Assembly (NCBI GenBank): GCA_052327205.1
Contig: CM126222.1
Coordinates: 35,092,001 to 35,156,000, forward strand
Origin: Somniosus microcephalus
Taxonomy: Eukaryota
Length of the DNA: 64,000 nt
Reading direction: 5' to 3'
Position numbers and translations under genes: made by a program. The notes under the pieces are model-generated. The model was not told where the DNA came from and searched no databases. It was given only the letters and a program-made list of their open reading frames with translations. This document shows positions 53,514-64,000 of this stretch, piece by piece (position 1 is the first letter of the stretch; every line of letters starts with the position of its first letter).

Positions 53514-55159
53514 CTAACTCTACTGTAATGTGGTTTTCATTACACAGGATCCCACATGTGATGTACCTTAAGAAAAAAATTTTTGGTAGTGAAAGAAACA
53601 AATGTGTATCTGAGCTGAAATGAATAGATAGATGACAGCTCCACTCTGTTACATCAAAGTGATGAGTACAAAGTAGACAGTCAAGCAGTATTCTGCAGCA
53701 TTCCAGTCCTGATGTAACAGCAGGTGAAAATCCAATGGGACTTTTTGCAAACCTAACTTTCAGGCAGTGAAGCAGAAACAGAACTTACTATGTTATCTTG
53801 GTTTGACTGGTCTCTTTGGGGAAAAATCCTGTAGCCATATCAGGACTGAAGTGACCGTGTCAATCCAATGCAGGACCTTATCACTTGAACAGACCTGGAA
53901 ACCATTTGTTGATCCCTGCTGAGACTTTCCTACTTGTTCAGGCCGTGTTATTTTAAACTCTAATTTTTTAAAAATTATTTACAGTATCTGTGTTGCTCTG
54001 GAGTTGTTTTGAAGACTCATTGCACATTTGCCATTGTCTGATTGCAGCTTGCTTTTACAAGAATTTGACCAACCCAGTTTTGGAATTTTTTTTCCCTTTC
54101 TGCTGAAGATTTCCCATGACTCATCTGGACAAGCCTCATTCCACATTTTGAGAATCATTACATTAGTGCTTTTGTGGACCAAGAAATGAAATGCCCTACT
54201 TAAACATTTTACAGTTCGTTACTTTTTTTTAATACAAGCTGGAATAACAGGATGCAGCTGGAGACAAATGTAACAAGCAGATGTATCATGGTGATCACTT
54301 GGAATACAGAAAGTATGAAAAGTTCTATTGAGGAATTGGTGGCGAAACTGCAGATTTTTACCATCTTGTACATGTTCTAGCAGCCTGATTCAGCAATTCT
54401 GTATTTGACTTATGTACACATTGGTGAAGACTATTGACTAGAAGAGCTCCACAGGGAAAAGTAATGGTGTGTGAAAATGCGTCGTTGCTATTCAGTGAAC
54501 TTTTTGGATTGGTAAAAATTGTTGACCGCCAAGCAGTTCCTGGCAGAAATGAGAAGGTTTTGTTAAAGAACTGAAAAACTCTGGTCATAATCTTGTAGCG
54601 ACTTGACAACACACCTCTTTGATGTTGCAAAGTCTGGAATATGACCCTGCTAAGGCAATCCTCATTAAGTTCCCTGGTCTTCATGGCTTTGCATTGTGCT
54701 AAGCCTAAGGACAATAATGGGTTTGCTTTGTTGCTATTGCTGAACACTGTTGCTGGCGGTGACAAGTAAAGTTGAGCTTTCTTGAGGATTTGCTTTTCAG
54801 GCAATTTTTGATACTTGTTTGCTCCGACAAGGATGAGATGAGATCACCAAGCCAAGAAGCTGAATATTTGTAACTTAATTGAGTTTTCAGGCCTTGACGT
54901 TTGGTGCATGGGCAATATCAAGCCCTGACTACTTTCAGTTGTTGGCATGGCCTTCCCAATGCCAGAGGTGATGCCATTTGTTTGCCACGCTCCAATTTTG
55001 TATATATCTGACCGCAGTAATTTGAGCACCACTTGTTTCAGATGGGGAAGTTAACCACTCTGCATTGTGGTCAATATAGAGAAAAACTCCACCTTAATAT
55101 TCACCAAGTCATTGTTGAAGATGAAAAACCAGTCAAGCCATATAGAATATGTCTTAGGA

Positions 55160-56020
55160 CCTCTCAATAGGCTTGGGATAAAACAGGCATCTGCTTAACA
55201 TGGTTTACACCCTCTGAAGAAAGTACACACCCAAGTGAATATCTCAATGGGTCGACTACATCAGAGGCTGCATAGCGATGGCGGAGGGCAAAGAGAGACA
55301 ATGTACCATCGTCACAATCAGTCGTGACTTTGGTTGGACCATTTTGGTGCTGTGGGAGAAAACCAATTGGAAGAATTCAAATAGGGAGTTGCAAAAGTGT
55401 GGATTTGGGAGGTTTCAGAGAAGTAGAGGTTGCAGATAGGGCAGTAGTTTACAAGGACAGGGGGGTTGAGGGTGGATTTTTTTTTTTTTTAAGGAGGGCA
55501 TGACATTATAGTGGTTTTAAAAAGGAGTCAGTGCCCTAGCACGGGGAGCCATTTACAATGTCAGATAGCATGGAAGCCTGGAAGGGTAGTTGAGTGGTCA
55601 ACAATTTCATAGAAATGGCCTGAAGAGAGCAAGCACTAGTTCTCCTGATGAGATGAAATGAGCTCAGTAAGGGCATGGGGGTGGGAGGAATGGGAGAGAA
55701 ACTAGATGGGGTCCAGGAGGAGGTTTGCCTTGGTGGGCACGGAGAAGAGAGAGAAGCAGCAGAGGCAGTTGAATGGATGGTTTTTATCTTGGTAACGAAG
55801 TCAATGAGCTCCTCAGTCTTGTCATAGGTTAGGGTTGGTAGTGGAAAAAAGAAGCTGGGAGTTGTCTTTGCTCTTCAGGATGAACTTAAAATAGTGGGTA
55901 GTTTGGGGAGAGGTGAGTGGGCTTTGTAGAATGCAATGTGGGTCAGCGAGATCTGGTGCTGGTGCACCAGGTACACTCGTAACTGTACCCCTTGGACTTG
56001 AGGGAGCAAAGGTCGAATGT
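55160..56020 (-). mobile_element. Degenerate L2 fragment
   Basis: cagtcgtgactttggtt, gagatctggtg and purine-rich L2 antisense remnants. Confidence 0.55.
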
Positions 56021-56264
56021 TTGAAGACGCAGTTTAACCTCCTTGTGTCTGATCTTGATTTGTTTAATTGGGTTGCTATCCTTTGATGGCACTTCTGCTA
56101 CCCACTTGTTCTGGGTTGGTCAACAGCCATGCCTTAGCCATAGAGGTGCAGCAGGTGATCATTTTCTTCTCGACAACAGGTATGGAGGCTGTTTGAGAGA
56201 GGCGTGTTGGTGAGGAAACCAGGAGAACTTCCTGTTCTTTGAGTAATTACATATAATTGTTTTA

Positions 56265-56533
56265 ATAATTTATAGCACAGAAACATGCCATTCGGCCCAA
56301 CAGGTCTATGCAGGTGTTTATGTGGCACATGAATAATATTATGAAATATTTAACTTCCACCTAAACAGGCAATTGAGGGCTCGGTTCAGCCTCTCCTCTG
56401 AAGGATGCTGGCTTCCATAGTGCAGTACTAACTCACTGCTACATTGAAGTTGTTCGATTAGATTATGCTGGAGTGGATGTGGGACCCATAACCTGACTCA
56501 CACGAGAGTACTACCAACTGAATTAAGCTGACT
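56265..56533 (-). mobile_element. Short CR1 tail plus Deu SINE 5' fragment
   Basis: gcacagaaacatgccattcggccc; tagattatgctggagtgg...gagagtactaccaactga. Confidence 0.6.
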
Positions 56534-57185
56534 CATTTTAATGAATAAAATATTCTACTTATCAAATGGTTCCCAGTGAAGCTCAATTTCTGGTCTCACA
56601 TTCACTGTGTATGAGTACATAGTCAATAGCTGCTTAAAAAAAACCTTTCAAGAACAATCTTTAAAAAATGCATTCACTTCTTTCCCAGCCCCTAACAACA
56701 AAATTTAGTTGAAAAATACTCCCAAGAATCATATGTGGAGTGAAGAAAAAATTCTAATCGTTCCATCATCTTTGAGCTATAGCAATGTAAAACTTGCTGT
56801 AGTAAACAAAGTACTACTAGGCTAGCCATTGATCAGAATGTGACTGGGTGCATGCACTGTAGGCAACACATCCAATTTATTCACTCCTAAGTGACTTGCA
56901 GGTTCGAATGTTGACATGCAACTTGCTATCACTGTGCCAAAGATTAAACCAAGTTTGAAATAGATTGAGTTATTTAGGGGAGTAACTTTTGATTGCTGTT
57001 TTGAGCACAGAAAATGTTTGAGCAAATATTTGTCTTGAGTTCCAATTAATTAACATGTATATTGGTATTTTCAGGATCTTCCAACATCAATATTCCAACC
57101 TTAGTTTGTCAAATGTAGTTAAGCTTATTGGTCACTATTAAATTGCCAGTCAGTTATAATGTTTTCTTGGTATATACTTAAGTGA

Positions 57186-57422
<237 letters not shown>

Positions 57423-58483
57423 TAAGCTAATGCATTATTAATTAAGCCATTATTGAGGAGGAGATGTTATTTTATGCTGTGGAACTCTTTCACTTCTTAA
57501 TCCATTTATGAAATCACTTTTTCCTATTTTTAATCAGGACTTGAACCAGATTTTAATTCTTGTTTTGATTGTAATATGAGTTGTTGCATTTTTGTTGAGC
57601 TGAAACCCCAAGTCACCCAAACTGTGAAATGACTGACATGAGCTGCAATCTATGCAAAAGTTGAAAATAAACTACATTTCCTTTCTTTCTCCACAAAATA
57701 AATTAAAGTCGTGGTAAAATCTGCATTTCATATTCTGTGATTATAGAAATCATGCAGGATAAAACTAAGCATCTTATTTGTTAGGTTAGCAATGGTTTTG
57801 TAATGGAGGTTTTTTAAGCGTGTTGTTAAATCATGGTGTCACATCCATTATCCTAACCAAATATCCCTCAAATCAAAACTGTAAATGTTTGCTACTTGCT
57901 CCAAAATCCAGTGCTTGACAGTGAAAGGGAATTAAATGCCCCCTCAACACTGGTTGGCAATTCTTTCATTTATGTCAAAGTCTTCAAACTACATTTGAAC
58001 AAAACGGTTGCATTGAAACCTGATTCCAGTATCCAAGGCTTGTGTACCAACCCCGCGCGCACCCCCCCACCCCCCCCCCCCCCCCCCCAAACAAACATTT
58101 GGTTTGTATGTATGCTGAAGTTCTGTTATCCTTTTGAGTCCAGACTGCCTAATTTAAAGGTTGCAGGGGGAGGGGGGGGGGGGGAAGCAGATCTATCTTA
58201 CAATGGGCATGTCCTACTATAAATGAGGGAGACTCTCTGGACAGTTTGTTTTCTAATCCCCAGGAATAAAGATGGGAAACTCTGTATATCTGCTTCCTGC
58301 AAATGCTTAAGACAAATCCAAAAAGTCAAAAGATTTGAACTTGTCTGTTCCCAGCCCTTCCTCTTGAAATAAGTCTTTTTTTTAATGGTTACTAAATCAG
58401 TTAACAGGGAATCAAAATTTCATCAACTGGGACATCTGTTTAGAGAGGAAATTATGTTAATTTTCAAAAATTTGATTTAAAAA

Positions 58484-58495
58484 ATATATATATAA

Positions 58496-58544
<49 letters not shown>

Positions 58545-58556
58545 ATATATATATAT
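58484..58556. repeat. (TA)n microsatellite
   Basis: Seen directly. Confidence 0.95.
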
Positions 58557-59779
58557 TAACCAAGTACTTAAAGCTCAGTTACATGATCGCATGCTGGATC
58601 TTCTAGAATACTTCCTAAGAAAAATAGGCCACAATTAGTGTTGGAATCATGTGCTTTTCTGCAGTCACTGAAGAATGTTGAAATGAAGAAAGCACAAAGT
58701 CCTTGGTAGAGGAGGTTGGCATTCACAGCTGTCATGTGGAAAATTACTCTAGTTAACAGATCATTCAGCCACTTCTGAGTACTAACTTCAGGCTCCTAAA
58801 ATGCAAAATCTTACCACTGCAGACGAGTAAAGTTGGAAGTACCGCATCACCGCAATTGCTGGAGATGCAAGACAGGAGGTCAGATGTAAAAGCTGCTTGT
58901 CATACAGATTCATGGGAGCCAGAGTAGGCCATTCAGCCCCTCAAGGCTGATCTGATGTGGAATGACTTGTCTCAATTCTGAGTGTGTAATTCAGGCAATC
59001 AGATCTTAGCTTACAAAGTAGGAGGGCTTCCTTAACGTAACGTTTTCTTCATGGCCACTTTCCCTCCTTCCAAAATTTGAGTTTTGTGATGTGAAGCTTT
59101 ATTTTGTTGGAGCAGTCATTATGCTGTTGTCTAATCAGCATTCCTGCATACTTACCCACTGGGCTCAGTTCCTGAAGATGTAATTCGCTGGACCTGCTTT
59201 TGAGGCAAATGTTAAGCGGTTTACGACTTCATTTGAGCGCTCTACGGTTATTTGTATTTGGGAAAACCTTGTATTTGTGTGGGCAGCGAACTCATCTTGA
59301 ACATCACTTGGGCTTTTCTTGACCTGTAAGTAAATGTGACACAATAAGGTGCTGGATTTATATAGCACTGCCGCCACTAGTCAATTTTAGGCACTGGTGC
59401 TTCTTTATCCATATCCTTAGAGGATCTCTGGGTATTTCTCCAACTTGCAGCGTTTGATCACCATAGCTTCTAGTGAGTGGCTCCTTATTAGTACACATTA
59501 TGAGGAATACTGCGTTCCATATGCCTACATTTTTTGTTGGTGGGGGAGGGAACTGGGTTTGGGTCTGAGTCCATCCTTACTAATGTGCTGAGTACGTAGA
59601 TACTGCTTTTTCTGGTCTGGAATAAACACATTTTGGCCTGTATAGATAATTTTGTACATAAAGTGTAAGATGGGAGAATTGAGTCAGGATAGCATACTCT
59701 CTCAAAGGGACAGGTGTTTGGATTATAAAACTTTAGATGTTTCGAATGTTTGCGAATGCCCATAGTTAGTTTGGAACTT

Positions 59780-60700
59780 CATTTGAAGAATGATGGCTGT
59801 AAATTACTTGGTAAGTGATCTTTGAAAGTGGCCAAGTTTTCAGTAGTAGCACACCCTAGAATTATGTAACGACACACTGATGTGTCATTAATCAAAACGC
59901 CAAATGTATAGAGTTTATCAAAAAGGATGCAAAAGTATTTCACATTTAATGAAAAATACACCTCCTCTCTTGGTACAGAGTGGAAAGCATACAAGGCCTT
60001 TGTTAGAGGAAGGATAATATATTAATCACCCTCGCAGAAAAAGGTGAGCAAGGCTAAGTTAGTTCAGTTAGAAAATACTTAAACAAAGCTTAAGATGCAG
60101 TATGCCAACAATCACGGTATGCAGGTTATGGAAATAGTACTAACTGAACACTTAACTACTGCAAAAGTGGAGTTTGTCCTCTACCACACATGATCCAGCT
60201 CAATGGTTTTCAAACTTTGCTGTAGGTGAGGGGGGAATACCCTACAAATATTGACACAGCTATGGTGAGCCCCTGTCCTAACTTCTGAACAAGTTGTTCA
60301 TTGGGCTAAGCTGCCCAAAGGAAAAAGTTCTATCATTCCAGAAAGTGTTTTTTATTAGTATACAGCAATATAAACAATGCACTAGTAAGTCAACATTTAC
60401 AAACAAACGCAAAATATAAAGTGCAGAATTCTCAAGACGCTGTGATCGTGGTGAATGGTATTCAGAGTTCCAATGGGACCCTACCATGGATCCCAGTTTG
60501 AAAACCTATGGTCTAGATGTCATGAATGTAGAGAGAGTAAAATAGAGTTCAAAATGGCACTAAAGCAAATCTATGTATTGAGGAAAGGTGGAGTCAAGAT
60601 GGGCCTTCACCCCCTCTAATTTACTATTCCCTTCCTCTTGGTAGGTGGTTGTACATACCTCCCATGTTCTGCGGCTTTTGAGGAAACTTGTCTCCAGAAG
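59780..60700 (+). mobile_element. Old L1-like ORF2 remnant, split by a hAT MITE
   Basis: WKAYKAFVRGRII at 59981 matches the L1 WxAxKAxxRGxxI motif; the rest is heavily decayed. Confidence 0.55.
60201..60510. mobile_element. hAT (Charlie-like) MITE
   Basis: Ends caatggttttcaaact / agtttgaaaacctatg; right flank gTCTAGAt matches the Charlie target consensus. Confidence 0.8.
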
Positions 60701-61861
60701 CCGACAAGTTTGGCCTCTGCTGCCATAAATGGGATGGCGTAAAAGAGTTAGGCAAGGGTACTCTTTATCCCATTCTTAACATTTCTGAAGTTGCTATGGT
60801 ACTCCATAAATAAACATACCTTTGGGATAATAATATTGATGTAGAAGTACATATTTTTATATGGAAGTATCTTGTTAATAAATGGGTTAGTCAGTACTGC
60901 ACTTAAGCCGCTACATTTCCATTGCTATTTGCTTAGATGGCGTCCAGTTTAAAATATCTTGAAATGTGTAACACACCTGATTATTCCCAAATAAATTTTG
61001 AGGCAGTTTGCAAAATTTAGATTTACCTGGAAAGATGTTGTTGACTCCAGATTTGATGTCTTTAAAATAAATGCAGTTCCCAAATTCAACTTTAATATTG
61101 GCATGGTCATCTTCCTAAGCTTGAAGAGATTGTCAGCTTAAAAGCCATCAAAGCCTGATCAAGCTGTAAGGGAGAAGAGATATTATACTCGCTGTATCTA
61201 ATTTTATATTACTGTCAATGACAGTAAGTACGATTTGGTGGAACTGGGTACAATCAAACGCCTTCATCGGTAGGTAGAGTTGGGACCAATGAAATCTGGT
61301 AGTGATTTACTTTGTCTTCTCTCCATACCATAAACCACGGCCTTTCATCTAGCTTTCTCAATGTATTCTTGACTGATATTCTGGTAATTCTTCATTTCTT
61401 TTTTAAATAGCCCACAAGTCTCAATGTAAGCAATAACCAAAACATTCAGTATGCAGGATATACGTGGGTAGTATAATGGGACTGAATGAGGTTGTCAGTT
61501 ATGAAATGGTTTGAAGTTAACATATCAATGAACATTGTACTAGATAAAATAATCCAGCTTCACTCATAATAAAATGTTGAGTAGTCAATAACAAGTGAGC
61601 TTAAACTAACCTGATTGAGGGCCATTTCAAAAATGTCGTCTTCTGTAAGAAAATTAGCACAAGTCTATTTAATGCCGTTTTACAGTATTTTTAAGCCAAA
61701 TCCACTACTGTGTTTTTTGAGTAAGATTATGGTGCCTGGAAAGATCATTTAAAAAAGATGTGATTTACTTTGTTGAAGACTTTGAATTCTTTATTATTGT
61801 ATTAAAGGGGGGGGGGGTGTCATCCTTGGATATATTTTTATACCATGGTTACATCGTTTGA

Positions 61862-62323
<462 letters not shown>

Positions 62324-62375
62324 TAGGATTTTCAACACTGCACCTTGATGTAATACACCAAATCATTGCTGTGTA

Positions 62376-62712
62376 CAGGAAACTTTCGTTTAACTGGAGG
62401 TTAAATGTCCGGAAAGCTCTATCTACCGGCAAAATTCAGGAGCCGTTTCTTACAAGTTTTTTTTTACTTCTCGTTGCTTTTTTTTTTCCAGTCAGGCTCT
62501 GCAAGGTCTAGCTGAAGCTGTTGCTTAGCTACAGAGACGCTTTTAAGCTGCGGCCGACTGTTTTGAAGCTGTTGCTAAGCAACAGGGTTTGTTGATTCAC
62601 ACGGAGCTCAAAAGCTCCGTATGTTTTAACATTAACGCTGGTTTCTACGGCAGTTTTGATGGTAACGGCACCAGCTCGGTCCCGTCAGTGCCGGATACCA
62701 GAAAGCTTCCTG
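62376..62712. mobile_element. pogo/Tc1-type MITE, copy 4, 63 bp after the exon 7 donor
   Basis: TIR caggaaactttc / gaaagcttcctg; TA duplication; reverse orientation to copy 1. Confidence 0.9.
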
Positions 62713-63974
62713 TATTAGGGCAAGGTAATTAGCAAATATGCATCATCTCATTCTGCTGGTCCAGGTTTCCAGTGTCTAATGAGACCTGTGTACGAAAGCA
62801 CTGTCATTTGGCAGTAATTGGGTCAGGATGTGGAGAAAGGATAAACTAGTATACAATGCAAGCTGGAAGATTATTTACATTAAATTTTGAAAGCTACACA
62901 AAAATCCAAAACTTAATGTTTAACGTTCCACCTCATATGACTATCTCCCTGGTGAAAATTCTGAGCTGTTGTAAAACTATTTTATATTTGCATTCTGAAT
63001 GCTCCCTCCCCCTTCTCAAATAATCATAACTGTAATGACAGTGAAACTTGTGCAGGTTAGTGCTCATGTTGCCACTGTGGTTTGTGTGACTGCAATATTA
63101 CCAAAGCACAATTTTCTTGCATGTTTATATCTAAAGCTTTTTCAGGGGAGAGGAGGACAAAACGCAAAACATCGCGGAATACAGCAGTAGTTTCTAATAC
63201 TATGTGAAAAGAAATGAGAACACTGTTTTGCAATCAGTGATACCTTAGGTACAGTTTTCATTGTGTACCTTAATTGAATACATAGTCTAAGTATCTGACC
63301 CTGACCTGGAGAATTAGAAAGACAGATTTCCTTGTAAGCTTCTCTTCACCCAAATTGATCTAGGAGTGGGAATTCACTGAGCTCACTGGTGTACAATTCT
63401 AGAAATAAGATCATTGAACCAGGGGAGAACTTTCTTTTTAAAAGTTGTTTGGTGGGGGTCTTAAGTGTTCCCCAGTTGCCAAATCTTACTGTAAAAAGAA
63501 TTGGGAAAGAAGCTTGAAATGGAAGACAAAATTACCTTCTAGCACAGATGAGTTACCGCCTCAGCATTGAGGACACCGGTAACTGGCACAAATTCAGATT
63601 AATGGTATGACTGGTGCTTTGTTTTTAACTCTCGTAGAAGTGAAATTTGCCACCCAACAAAATTGAAAACTCAGCCATTTTTGGAAACAAGTTGCAATAA
63701 AGGAATTACCAATATTCAGTCCAAACATGGGTTATTGACTGCCCAGAATATCTATAACAATGCATTTACTAAGTGCCAAGAAAATCTAAGGGATTAATAT
63801 TGCTCTATTGATTTCCCTTTAGGGGTAGCAGCCTCTGAATAGTTGTTGACATCCAATGAGATTGTGTGTAGACAATGTAAAACATCTTGCTTTTGGTAAA
63901 TTTAGTGCAAAAACTGTTGTTTCCACATATATGTAGGGAATGGGTTGAAATTGAGAAACTTTCAATTAAATGAT

Positions 63975-64000
63975 AGTTTTCTTCTATTCTGTTTTACAGT
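63975..64000 (+). other. FOXK2: Probable splice acceptor of FOXK2 exon 8 (first exon base at 64000)
   Basis: Pyrimidine tract ttttcttctattctgttttacag|T. Exon 7 ends with G, giving a GTN (Val) codon as in human EVK-V-KVEP. Only one exon base is visible. Confidence 0.7.

Noticed and set aside
54358-55032. Minus-strand ORFs, possible retroelement remnant
   Set aside because: No motif recognised with enough confidence to call.

Overview
Vertebrate genomic DNA, most likely from a cartilaginous fish (inferred from the CR1/L2/Deu-SINE/Penelope repeat families). The window lies inside one + strand gene, FOXK2. Bases 1-42624 are the distal part of a very long intron 1; exon 1 (FHA domain) is outside the window. 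Exons 2-7 are complete, with GT-AG sites and a continuous frame, and the exon 8 acceptor falls at the last base. Almost all listed ORFs are transposon debris or chance. The introns hold CR1, L2, Tx1/L1 and another Jockey-group LINE, tRNA/Deu SINEs, Penelope-like ends with minimal hammerhead motifs, and Harbinger, pogo/Tc1 and hAT MITEs. Most notable observations: an in-frame 57-bp triplication in exon 7; hammerhead motifs on the FOXK2 sense strand; a shared TATTAGG(G/A)CA flank for 3 of 4 copies of a TA-targeting MITE; an inverted SINE pair around exons 2-3 (possible circRNA); and an inverted duplication with shared private variants. I found no evidence for a wholly new gene system. Family names come from recall, not database searches, and repeat boundaries are approximate.
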